In this document: positions 48,760-57,356 of the stretch, one piece after another
Position numbering within the stretch: the first letter of the stretch is position 1
Layout of the letters: each line of letters opens with the position of its first letter
Assembly: GCA_052033915.1 (NCBI GenBank)
Contig: JBPOJF010000003.1
Span: 58,695-122,694 of the forward strand
Length of the DNA: 64,000 nt
Direction of reading: 5' to 3'
Origin: Lentisphaerota bacterium
GTDB lineage: Bacteria; Verrucomicrobiota; Kiritimatiellia; CAIQIC01; JAGNIJ01
The notes under the pieces: generated by a model
The model's database searches: none
The model's input: the letters and a program-made list of their open reading frames with translations, nothing else
Told to the model about the DNA's origin: nothing
Program-made: the position numbers and the translations under genes

Positions 48760-49656
48760 TTACCTCAACAACAGGATCCCGGCCACGGTCAAGCCGTACA
48801 GCGCCAGGTCCGCCAGCAGCGGTTTATCCGTCAGAAGGATCACCTCCGGCTGGCCGCCTTTTTCGTGGCGATAGACCAGGTCGAGGTAGCGGAACAGGCC
48901 GAAGATTACGAACGGGATGGTCAGGCCAAGCTTGGTCGTTCCGAACTTGGCGACGGTATCCGGCCACAGCGTGTACAGCGCGTAGGAAATCAGCGTGGCC
49001 GCGCTGACCACGGCAATCAACTGGTCCAGGAGCTGGCTGCTGTACTGCGCGAGGCTTTCGCGCGTTTCGCCGCCCGTGTCGTTGATCACGACGAACTCGT
49101 GCCGCCGCTTGCAGAGCGCAAGGAAGAGCGCCAGCAGCAGGGCGCACAGGAGCAGCCAGGGCGAAATCGGCACCTGGAGAACGACGGCTCCCGCCAGGGC
49201 GCGGAGGACGAAGCCGGAGGCGATCACGAACAGGTCAACCAGCGCGATCTGCTTCAGCGCGAACGTGTACACGAATTGCAGCGCCACGTAGCCCGCCACG
49301 ACGTAGAAGAACGGCACGGAGAGCCACGCCGCCGCGCCGAGCCCGGCGGCAAGAAGCAGAAAGGCCGTCGCCGCCGCGGTCGCAGTCGAAATCTCGCCGG
49401 CGGCCAGCGGGCGCAGTTTCTTCGTCGGATGCGCCCGGTCCAGCTCCACGTCGCGGATGTCGTTGATCAGGTAAATGCCGCTCGATACGGCGCAGAACAG
49501 GAGGGCCGCCTTCAGTACGATCCAGAAATCGGCGAGGCTGACGTTCAAATGCCGGTCGCCGAGGGCGAAGATGAACGCGGCCAGCACGACAATGTTCTTC
49601 GTCCACTGCCGGGGCCGCATGGCTTGAACGATGCTGGCCGGCCGGGGCTTGCTCAT
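48760..49656 (-). CDS. UbiA-family prenyltransferase resembling decaprenyl-phosphate phosphoribosyltransferase
   Basis: AMRPRQWTKN N-terminal signature of the DPPR-synthase subfamily; NDIRDVELD aspartate-rich motif; 8-9 TM helices; start overlaps upstream gene stop (ATGA). Confidence 0.75.
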   Translation of the reverse strand: MSKPRPASIVQAMRPRQWTKNIVVLAAFIFALGDRHLNVSLADFWIVLKAALLFCAVSSGIYLINDIRDVELDRAHPTKKLRPLAAGEISTATAAATAFLLLAAGLGAAAWLSVPFFYVVAGYVALQFVYTFALKQIALVDLFVIASGFVLRALAGAVVLQVPISPWLLLCALLLALFLALCKRRHEFVVINDTGGETRESLAQYSSQLLDQLIAVVSAATLISYALYTLWPDTVAKFGTTKLGLTIPFVIFGLFRYLDLVYRHEKGGQPEVILLTDKPLLADLALYGLTVAGILLLR

Positions 49657-50420
49657 GATCCGCTTCCGCCTGCCTTCACGCTTCTCGCGTTGCGCTCATC
49701 CGGCACGGAGCGTTTCAGCCTGTTCCGGAACAGGAGTTTCCAAACCATCCAGAGGGCCTCGCGCACGATCGACGAGTTCATCTTCGAGTGGCCGGAGCGG
49801 CGTTCCTCGAACGTGATCGGCACCTCGACGACATGGAAGCCGCGCCGCCAGGTCTCGTTGGTCATCTCGATCTGGAACGAGTAGCCGTTGGACTTGATCC
49901 GGTCCAGATCGATGGACTCCAGAACCGCGCGGCGATAGCACTTGAACCCGCCGGTCGGATCGGAAAACGGCATGCCGGTGACCAGGTGGACATAGATGGC
50001 CGCGCCCTTGCTCAAAATCAGCCGGCTCAGCGGCCAGTTGATGATCCGGATGCCGCCCACGTAGCGCGAGCCGAGGGCCAGGTCGGCCTCCTGCGCCGCG
50101 TCGAGAATCCGCGGTAGATCGTTCGGGTTGTGGGAGAAATCGGCGTCCATCTCGAAGATGAACTCGTAACCGCGCTCCAGCGCCCACTTGAAGCCCGCGA
50201 TGTACGCGCGGCCGAGCCCCTGCTTGCCTTCCCGGTGGAGGCCGTGGATGCGCGGGTCCTGGGCCGCGAGTTCGTCGACGATCCGCCCGGTGCCGTCGGG
50301 GGAGTTGTCGTCCACAAAAAGGATGTGCCCTTCCGGCAGGGCGGCCAGAACGGCCTTGGAAACGTCCCGGACGTTTTCCTTCTCGTTGTAGGTTGGGATG
50401 ACGACCAGAGCCCGGTTCAT
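49653..50420 (-). CDS. GT2 polyprenyl-phosphate mannose/hexose synthase (DPM1/Ppm1-like)
   Basis: VVIPTYNEKENV, FVDDNSPDGT, GKQGLGRAYIAGF, FEMDADFSHNP (DxD) motifs. Confidence 0.85.
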   Translation of the reverse strand: MNRALVVIPTYNEKENVRDVSKAVLAALPEGHILFVDDNSPDGTGRIVDELAAQDPRIHGLHREGKQGLGRAYIAGFKWALERGYEFIFEMDADFSHNPNDLPRILDAAQEADLALGSRYVGGIRIINWPLSRLILSKGAAIYVHLVTGMPFSDPTGGFKCYRRAVLESIDLDRIKSNGYSFQIEMTNETWRRGFHVVEVPITFEERRSGHSKMNSSIVREALWMVWKLLFRNRLKRSVPDERNARSVKAGGSGS

Positions 50421-50482
50421 GCCCCGGTACTTTAGGGGAAGGGTTCCAAAACAGCAAGTCCCGCGTGGAGGGGGCCGACGGA

Positions 50483-50510
50483 TTGATTTGCCTCAAAAGC
50501 AGGATATAAT
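50483..50510 (+). promoter_or_regulatory. Near-consensus sigma-70 promoter for def
   Basis: TTGATT (50483-50488), 16-nt spacer, TATAAT (50505-50510); def ATG at 50526 implies a very short leader. Confidence 0.45.
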
Positions 50511-50525
50511 AAACACAAACGTCCC

Positions 50526-51089
50526 ATGAAACTGGAGATTCGAAAATACGGCGACCCGGTGCTGCGCGAAAAAGCGGAGCCCGTGAAGTCCGTGGACGAC
50601 CGGATCCGCGCACTGGCCAGGGACATGATCGAGACCATGCACGGAGACAACGGCGGCGTCGGGCTGGCCGCCCAGCAGGTCGGGGAGACCGTGTCCGTCT
50701 GCGTGATCGAAGTGCCGGCCGAATACGACGCGGACGAAAACGGGGTGCGCCTCAACCCCGACGTGAAGATGCCGCTCGTCCTGATCAACCCGGTGATGGT
50801 CGAATCGTCCAAGGAGACGGAAGCGCGCGATGAGGGATGCCTCAGTTTCCCCGGGATCTACGCGCCCGTCCGGCGTCCCGTGGAGATCGCGATCGAATAC
50901 CTGGACACGAACGGAAAATCGCGGAGCCTGCGGCTCCGGCACTTCGTGGCGCGCGTTGTCCAGCACGAGATGGATCACCTGAACGGCGTGCTGCTGGTCG
51001 ACCGCATGACCCACCTCAAGAAAATCGCGCTCGCCGGCCAGCTCAAGCGGATGAGGCGCGAGACGCGCGAAGAGCTGGGCGTGAAGTAG
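50526..51089 (+). CDS. def: Peptide deformylase
   Basis: GVGLAAQQVG, EGCLSFPG, QHEMDHLNG motifs. Confidence 0.95.
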   Translation: MKLEIRKYGDPVLREKAEPVKSVDDRIRALARDMIETMHGDNGGVGLAAQQVGETVSVCVIEVPAEYDADENGVRLNPDVKMPLVLINPVMVESSKETEARDEGCLSFPGIYAPVRRPVEIAIEYLDTNGKSRSLRLRHFVARVVQHEMDHLNGVLLVDRMTHLKKIALAGQLKRMRRETREELGVK

Positions 51090-51136
51090 CCGCCGGCGCA
51101 AGCCGGTGGAATCCGTCCGGCAACGCTCTTGCGAGC

Positions 51137-51189
51137 TTTTTTCCAAGGGTTGGAAAAAGCGCCCGGAAATTTTCCAAGGATTGGAAGAA
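51137..51189. repeat. Two copies of the family-C palindrome between convergent def and parA
   Basis: TTTTTTCCAAGGGTTGGAAAAAG (51137-51158) and TTTTCCAAGGATTGGAAGAA (51170-51189), the latter abutting the parA stop codon. Confidence 0.55.
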
Positions 51190-52062
51190 TCAATCGACCG
51201 GCGGTATCGGCGCGGCGGGTTCGGGAGCGGCCGGCGCGGCGGGGGCTTCTTCCTTCCATTCCTCTTCGACGGCGGTCTCCTTGCCGGTCTGTTTGCGGCG
51301 TCCGAGAAATTCGCGGGCGAGCTGGCGGTAGGCGGCCGCGCCGGTGCAGTGTTTGTCGTGCTGGATGATCGGCTTTCCGTAGCTGGGCGCCTCGCTGAGC
51401 CGGACGCTGCGCGGGATCAGCGTCTCGTACACCTTGTCGCCGAAATGCGAGACGACTTCCTGGACAACCTGCTGGGACAGGTTGGTGCGCATGTCGTACA
51501 TCGTCATCACGATGCCCTCGATGTGCAGGGCGGGGTTCGCCCCGCTGTCGTGAAGCTGCTGAACGAGCCGCGTGATGACGCTCAGGCCTTCCAGTGCGTA
51601 GTACTCGCACTGGAGCGGGATGAGGATCGATTGCGCGGCGACGAGCGCGTTCATGGTCAGGATGCCGAGCGAGGGCGGGCAATCCACGAAGATATAGTCG
51701 TAGCGGTTCGCCGTCGAAACGGGCGTGACGGCCTCGGTGAACCGGTGCAGGTAGCGATCGGCGCGCGCGACGTCGATTTCCGAGCCGGCGAGATCGAGTT
51801 CGGAGGGGACGATCTCGAGCCGCTCGATCGACGTCGGCTTGATGAGATGTTCCAGCAGGCCGTTGCCCAGGAGGGCCTGGTAGATGCTCTGGCCTTCCTT
51901 TTTTTCGATGCCGAGCCCGCTGGTCGCGTTGGCCTGGGGGTCCAGATCGATGAGCAGGATTTTCTTGCGGCGTTCGGCAAGACAGGCGGCCAGGTTGAGC
52001 GCGGTGGTCGTCTTGCCGACGCCGCCCTTCTGGTTCGCGAACGCAATGATCGGTGTGCTCAT
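51190..52062 (-). CDS. parA: ParA/Soj-family partitioning ATPase with Pro/Ala-rich C-terminal tail
   Basis: NQKGGVGKTTTALNLAA deviant Walker A; ILLIDLDPQANATSGLG; tail ...EEEWKEEAPAAPAAPEPAAPIPPVD; no parB adjacent. Confidence 0.85.
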   Translation of the reverse strand: MSTPIIAFANQKGGVGKTTTALNLAACLAERRKKILLIDLDPQANATSGLGIEKKEGQSIYQALLGNGLLEHLIKPTSIERLEIVPSELDLAGSEIDVARADRYLHRFTEAVTPVSTANRYDYIFVDCPPSLGILTMNALVAAQSILIPLQCEYYALEGLSVITRLVQQLHDSGANPALHIEGIVMTMYDMRTNLSQQVVQEVVSHFGDKVYETLIPRSVRLSEAPSYGKPIIQHDKHCTGAAAYRQLAREFLGRRKQTGKETAVEEEWKEEAPAAPAAPEPAAPIPPVD

Positions 52063-52110
52063 GAGTGGCCGATAGAATAGTCGGGGTGTGGGGGTCCGCT
52101 CAAGTCCGGA

Positions 52111-52938
52111 TTACTTGCGGACGTTCCAGCCCAGGTTGCGGCCCAGCAACTGGAACAGGGCTTCGTTGTGCGGTTCGAAGTATTTTTGCAGATCCTCGTA
52201 AACGGATTCGGGGACGCCGGGCGCCCGTCCGCTCAGGTCCTGGGCCACGACTCTGGACGGCACGAAGCCCGCGTTGACTTCGAGAAACGAGAAGATCACG
52301 TGCAGGGCGTGTTCCGGGTCCGAGAAGAACTCCTCGCTGGTGAGCACCAGAAGCCGGCGCCGCTCGAACAGATCGAAATACCGCTTGAGCTGATCCACGT
52401 AGATTCCGCGCGTCTTGTAGCTCTTGCGGTGATGGATTTCGCTGACGTAGAACTCGTCGTTCCGCATCTTCTCCAACTCGGGCTTCAGCCGGCTTTCCTC
52501 CAGCCGCAGGGCTTCCTCGATGGGCTGATCCTCTTCGCCCATGTGCGTCTCCCGGAAGTAGTGGGATACGGCGCGCTCCACCGGATTCCGCAGGAGCGCG
52601 ATCATCTTCACGTCGGGCAGGACGTGACGGATGCGCTCCGGGGCGCGGGGGTGAAACAGGTAATACGGGGTCGCTTCGCCGGTGATCCGGTTGTCGCCCA
52701 TCCGCTTGCGGGTGGGGAAGTGAAGCCGGTACCAGGGAACGCCCTTCTGGAAATTCCGGTCGAAGAAGTGAATCTCCTTTTCCGTCCCCGGCAGGATCTG
52801 CGGGTGCTTCATCATCCACTTGTAGAGACGGGTGGTTCCCGATCGCTGGGCGCCGAGGATGAGGAACTGGGGCAGGGCGTGCCGGGGCGCCAGCAGTCTG
52901 TAGAGGGAACGTTCGAGAATGGACGGATGGCTGTTCAT
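52111..52938 (-). CDS. PAPS-dependent sulfotransferase family protein (cytoplasmic)
   Basis: ILGAQRSGTTRL 5'-PSB motif and ALLRNPVERAVSHY 3'-PB motif. Confidence 0.85.
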   Translation of the reverse strand: MNSHPSILERSLYRLLAPRHALPQFLILGAQRSGTTRLYKWMMKHPQILPGTEKEIHFFDRNFQKGVPWYRLHFPTRKRMGDNRITGEATPYYLFHPRAPERIRHVLPDVKMIALLRNPVERAVSHYFRETHMGEEDQPIEEALRLEESRLKPELEKMRNDEFYVSEIHHRKSYKTRGIYVDQLKRYFDLFERRRLLVLTSEEFFSDPEHALHVIFSFLEVNAGFVPSRVVAQDLSGRAPGVPESVYEDLQKYFEPHNEALFQLLGRNLGWNVRK

Positions 52939-52957
52939 CGCGTGGCCCGTGGCCGGC

Positions 52958-53986
52958 TTATTCCTCCTGCGGCGCCGGCGCGGCCGGACCGCTCAACTCC
53001 TTGATCGTGCCGTCGATCTGTCCGAACCGGTTCTGAATCTTGCCGAACCATTTTTCGGCCTCCTCGAACTTGCCCTGCGAGTTGCCCAGGTGCTGGCCGA
53101 CGAGACGGAACGACTCCTCGAACCGGCCGAACTCCTTGCCGAGGCTCGCGAGCTGGTTGAGCATTTCCCGCGCGCGCTCTTCGATCCGCATGCCCTTGAG
53201 GCCCAGGAGGATGGTTTGCAGGTACGCGTAGAAGCTGTTCGGCGATACGGGGATCACGCGCTTGCCCAGCGCGTAGTTGAACAGCGACATCTCGCCGCCG
53301 AACTCGTCGTCGCGGACGATGCTTTCGTAGTAGACGTTCTCGGCCGGGATGTACATCAGGGCGAAATCGAAGGTGCCTTCGTCCGTCCGGATGTACTTCG
53401 AAGCGATCGCGTCAATGTGCTTCCGGACGTCGCGCAGGAAGTTCTTCTTCGCGAGTTTCCGCTCGTTCTCGCCGGCTGCGGCGACCAGGACCCGGAAGTT
53501 CTCGAGGGGAAACTTGGCGTCCACCGGCACGAGCCCGGCCTTCAAGACGATGACCGCGTCGACCTTCTCGCCGCTCCCGAAGGCGTGCTGAAGCCGGAAA
53601 TGTTCGGAGGGGAGAATCTGCGCGAGCAGATCCCCGAGGAACAGTTCGCCGAGATTGCCGCGGAGCTTGGGGGCGCGGAGGATTTCCTGCAAGCTCGAGA
53701 TGTCCTTGCCGAGATCGAAGATGCGCCGGGAGGCCTCGCCGAGCTGGCCCAGTTGTCCGCTCACGCCCTGGATCACCTGGGCGGCCTTGTCGAGCCGGAG
53801 GTTCATCGATTCGCGCGTCGTTTCCATGGATTGCGCGACCTGCGCGTTGAGCGCGTTCACCTGGTTCTGGAGCAGGACCAGCGCCTGGTCGTCCCGCGGC
53901 TGCGCGATGGCGCGGCGAATCCACCACGCGGCGAGAAACGTCGCGAGGAGAACAACGCCCACGGCCATGATTACAATCTGTTCCAT
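52958..53986 (-). CDS. rmuC: DNA recombination protein RmuC
   Basis: N-terminal TM anchor and coiled coil, conserved ...DFALMYIPAENVYYE...GKRVIPVSPNSFYAYLQTILLGLKGM... Confidence 0.9.
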   Translation of the reverse strand: MEQIVIMAVGVVLLATFLAAWWIRRAIAQPRDDQALVLLQNQVNALNAQVAQSMETTRESMNLRLDKAAQVIQGVSGQLGQLGEASRRIFDLGKDISSLQEILRAPKLRGNLGELFLGDLLAQILPSEHFRLQHAFGSGEKVDAVIVLKAGLVPVDAKFPLENFRVLVAAAGENERKLAKKNFLRDVRKHIDAIASKYIRTDEGTFDFALMYIPAENVYYESIVRDDEFGGEMSLFNYALGKRVIPVSPNSFYAYLQTILLGLKGMRIEERAREMLNQLASLGKEFGRFEESFRLVGQHLGNSQGKFEEAEKWFGKIQNRFGQIDGTIKELSGPAAPAPQEE

Positions 53987-54001
53987 CAGCCCTCTTCTCT
54001 T

Positions 54002-54844
54002 CTACCGCACCAGCATTACGGGCGCCGTGGAATTCGCGATGATCTGCGCGGTCGTGCTGCCGACGATCATCTTCCGGATACGGCTGTGGCCGTACGCGCC
54101 GATGACGATCAGATCGCAGCGCTCGTTGCGCGCGTTCTCGAGAATCGCCGCGGACGGCTTGCCCTGGACGACGAGGTTCAGCGCCTGCAGCCCGTGCGCC
54201 TTGACCAGGTCGCACGCGTCCTTCGAGATGTCGTCCGCGCGCGTCGCGTCCTCGTTCTCCGCGACGGTCAGCAGCACGAGTTCCGCCTGGATCGCCTGCG
54301 CCAGTTCCGTGGCCTCGTGGAGGGCCCGGCCGGCGTGCGAGCTGCCGTCGTACGCGGCGAGAATCCGGGTGATGGGCCGGAAGGCGCCGGGCGTGACCAG
54401 GCAGGGTTTGGCCGACTGGCGCACCACGCGCTCCACGATGGACCCGCTCATGTCGCCGATCCATTTCGCGTGCTCGCCCTTCTGGCCCATGACGACCAGT
54501 TCCGCGCGCGCTTCTTCTTCGAGGATGACTTTCGGCGGATGGCCCCTCTTCACGACGGCCTCGGCCTGGATGCCCGCCTCCTCGCAGCGGCTGTGGAACG
54601 CGCGAAGGATCGTGTTGCCCTTTTCCTCCATCAATTTCCGGAACTGCTGAAGCTGGGCCCCGTACGGCTGGGCGCCGATCCAGCCGGAGATATCGGCCAT
54701 CAGCGGACCTTCGAGCATGCGCGAATCGAGCACGTGCAGCCCGAGCAGGCGCGCGCCGAGCTGACGGGTCAGGTGTATCGCGTATTCGCAGGCCACATCG
54801 CCGTGCGGGGATCCATCCGTGCAGACCAGAATGCTCTTGATCAT
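54002..54844 (-). CDS. Universal stress protein with tandem UspA domains
   Basis: Two ~140-aa Usp modules (ILVCTDGS...MGQKG...GSIVERVVRQS... and ILAAYDGS...VIGAYGHS...GSTTAQIIANS...). Confidence 0.85.
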   Translation of the reverse strand: MIKSILVCTDGSPHGDVACEYAIHLTRQLGARLLGLHVLDSRMLEGPLMADISGWIGAQPYGAQLQQFRKLMEEKGNTILRAFHSRCEEAGIQAEAVVKRGHPPKVILEEEARAELVVMGQKGEHAKWIGDMSGSIVERVVRQSAKPCLVTPGAFRPITRILAAYDGSSHAGRALHEATELAQAIQAELVLLTVAENEDATRADDISKDACDLVKAHGLQALNLVVQGKPSAAILENARNERCDLIVIGAYGHSRIRKMIVGSTTAQIIANSTAPVMLVR

Positions 54845-54970
54845 GAGGGTATCCTTTTCCTGAGCTTGAAATCTGCCGTCATGATGCCGGGCCGTCCGCG
54901 ATTTGTCGAGGCCGGGGAGTTGACGCGTCGTTCTTGCACGGGGCGGCTTCCGGTTGCTATGTTACCGCCC

Positions 54971-57349
54971 ATGGCTGTCAAAAAGGAAATTGTCCGCACC
55001 GGCTGGAGAGAGCTTTGGGGCATCATCCTGGTCGGGTTGAGCGTGCTCGTGCTTTTGAGTCTGATCTCGTACCAGCCGGGGGATATTCCGCTGGTCCAGA
55101 CGCCCCCCAACTCTCCGGCCCAGAATTTCATCGGCCCGGTCGGGGCATGGATTGCCTACACGATTTTCATGGGGCTGGGCGTGGTCGGCTACCTGGTGTC
55201 GGTCATTCTCGGGATCACCGGCCTCCTGCTGATCTTTAAGCGCGAGGGGCGCGTGTGGCCAAAGGTGCTGTGGATGCTGGCGATTCTCGTCTCGTTCCTG
55301 TGCCTGGTCGAACTCAAGGACTCGTCGTGGTCCGGCTGGACCGAGCGGTTCAACATCGGCGGTCCCGGCGGGGCGCTGGGCATGCTGATCGCCCGGGACT
55401 TCTTCATCCGCTTCCTCGGCGTGATGGGCGCCGGTCTGATCGCCACGGTCGTGCTGATCGCCGGGATCATCTTCCTGATCGAAGTTCATCCCGTCACCCT
55501 GGCCCGGCAGTTGGGCGCACTCTCAGGCGCGCTGTACCGCAAGTTCGACGCGCTGCTGGCGGAGCGGCGCGACCAGCGGGATCAGATCGAGCGCGAACAG
55601 CGTGAGCTGGCGAAGCGGCGGCGGCGTCTCGAAGAGGCGATGAAGGAGCAGGAGTCCGTCAAACAGAAAGAGACGCGCCGCAAGCCCGCGATCGGGCCTG
55701 CCGTGGTCATCAAGCCCGAGGCGCTTCAGCCGCCGGTTCCCGAGGACGATGAGCCCGAAGAGATCATTCCGCCTCCGCCTCCCAGACGCGAGCGGCAGAA
55801 ATCGGTCAAGACGGAGGATTCGGCTGCGGGTCCGGCCGTGGTCGGTTCCGCCGGCTCGCCGTTCAAGCTCCCGCCGATGGAACTGATCGATCCTCTGCCT
55901 CCGGAGAAGGACCGGGAGATCAAGGGCGATTTCCAGGCCGGTGCCGCTGTCCTGAAGGAAACGCTCACCGAGTTCGGCATTGACGCGGATATCACGAATG
56001 TCGAACGCGGGCCGGTGGTCACCCGCTACGAGGTGCTGCCCGCCCCGGGCGTGCGCGTGGAGCGAATTGCCGCGCTGAACAACAACATCGGGCTTGCGAT
56101 GAAGGCGGAGAGCGTGCGCATCCAGGCGCCGATTCCGGGCAAGGGCGTCGTCGGTATCGAGGTTCCCAATTCCAATACCACCCTGGTCTGCCTGCGCGAG
56201 GTGCTCGAGAGCAACGCGTGGCTGTCCGGCAAGGCGGCCTTGCCGCTGGTGCTGGGCAAGGACGTCGGCGGGCGCGTGATCGTGGCCGATCTCTCGGAAA
56301 TGCCCCACATGCTGATTGCCGGCGCGACCGGCTCCGGCAAGACCGTCTGCATGAATTCCGTGCTCGCCGGCCTGCTGATGTCGCGCACGCCCGACCAGAT
56401 GCGCCTGATGCTGATCGATCCCAAGATCGTCGAATTTGCGGCGTACAACCGCCTGCCGCACCTGGTGGTTCCCGTCATCACGGACCCGAAGAAAGTCGCG
56501 ATCGGGTTGCGCTGGGCGATCACGGAGATGGAGAAGCGGTACAAGCTGTTCGCGCGCGTCGGGGTCCGGAACATCAAGTCGTTCAACAGCCGGCCGATCG
56601 CCAAGCAGGAGGAACTGTTCGCGGGTCCGGAGTCGGAAGAGGAGAGGCCCGAGGAGAAGACGCCGGACCGCCTGCCGTATATCGTCATCGTCGTGGACGA
56701 ACTCGCCGATCTGATGCTCGCGGCGCAGGCGGACATCGAGAACGGCATTGCGCGCCTGGCCCAGTTGTCGCGCGCGGTCGGTATTCACATGATCCTCGCC
56801 ACGCAGCGGCCCTCGGTCAATGTCATCACCGGCACCATCAAGGCCAACTTCCCCGCGCGGATCTCCTTCCAGGTGGCCCAGAAGGTGGATAGCCGGACGA
56901 TCCTCGACGCGAACGGCGCCGACAAGCTGCTGGGCAAGGGCGATATGCTCTTCCTGCCCCCGGGCAGCGGCAAGCTGATCCGCGCGCAGGGCACCATGAC
57001 GACGGACGCGGAGCTTCATCGCATCGTGGATTTCTGGAAGAAGCAGGGCGTGCCGAACTACGAGACCGCCATCAAGGAAAAGATCGAAAACGCCAGCGCG
57101 ATCGACATGGACAACGGCGAGGACGACGAGTTGTTGGAGGCGGCGATCGAGATTATCCGGCAGACCAAGCGCGCTTCGACCTCCTCCCTTCAGCGGCGTC
57201 TGCGGATCGGTTACACGCGCGCCGCGCGGCTGATGGATATCCTGGAAGCCCGCGGAGTGGTGGGCCCGGCGCAGGGTTCGGATCCGCGGGAGATTCTGGT
57301 CGATTTGGACGGCCAGATACCGCAGAATAAACCGGACGGCACGGAGTAA
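54971..57349 (+). CDS. ftsK: DNA translocase FtsK
   Basis: N-terminal 4-TM domain, PA-rich linker, motor domain GATGSGKTVCMNSVL and IVIVVDELADL, C-terminal gamma domain ...RRLRIGYTRAARLMDILEARGVV...; the ORF-track extension upstream of 54971 is not coding. Confidence 0.95.
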   Translation: MAVKKEIVRTGWRELWGIILVGLSVLVLLSLISYQPGDIPLVQTPPNSPAQNFIGPVGAWIAYTIFMGLGVVGYLVSVILGITGLLLIFKREGRVWPKVLWMLAILVSFLCLVELKDSSWSGWTERFNIGGPGGALGMLIARDFFIRFLGVMGAGLIATVVLIAGIIFLIEVHPVTLARQLGALSGALYRKFDALLAERRDQRDQIEREQRELAKRRRRLEEAMKEQESVKQKETRRKPAIGPAVVIKPEALQPPVPEDDEPEEIIPPPPPRRERQKSVKTEDSAAGPAVVGSAGSPFKLPPMELIDPLPPEKDREIKGDFQAGAAVLKETLTEFGIDADITNVERGPVVTRYEVLPAPGVRVERIAALNNNIGLAMKAESVRIQAPIPGKGVVGIEVPNSNTTLVCLREVLESNAWLSGKAALPLVLGKDVGGRVIVADLSEMPHMLIAGATGSGKTVCMNSVLAGLLMSRTPDQMRLMLIDPKIVEFAAYNRLPHLVVPVITDPKKVAIGLRWAITEMEKRYKLFARVGVRNIKSFNSRPIAKQEELFAGPESEEERPEEKTPDRLPYIVIVVDELADLMLAAQADIENGIARLAQLSRAVGIHMILATQRPSVNVITGTIKANFPARISFQVAQKVDSRTILDANGADKLLGKGDMLFLPPGSGKLIRAQGTMTTDAELHRIVDFWKKQGVPNYETAIKEKIENASAIDMDNGEDDELLEAAIEIIRQTKRASTSSLQRRLRIGYTRAARLMDILEARGVVGPAQGSDPREILVDLDGQIPQNKPDGTE

Positions 57350-57356
57350 CGGATTC

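Noticed and set aside
54845-54970. ftsK promoter TTGCAC-18 nt-TATGTT
   Set aside because: Match to consensus is weak and the spacing is non-optimal. Not listed as a feature.
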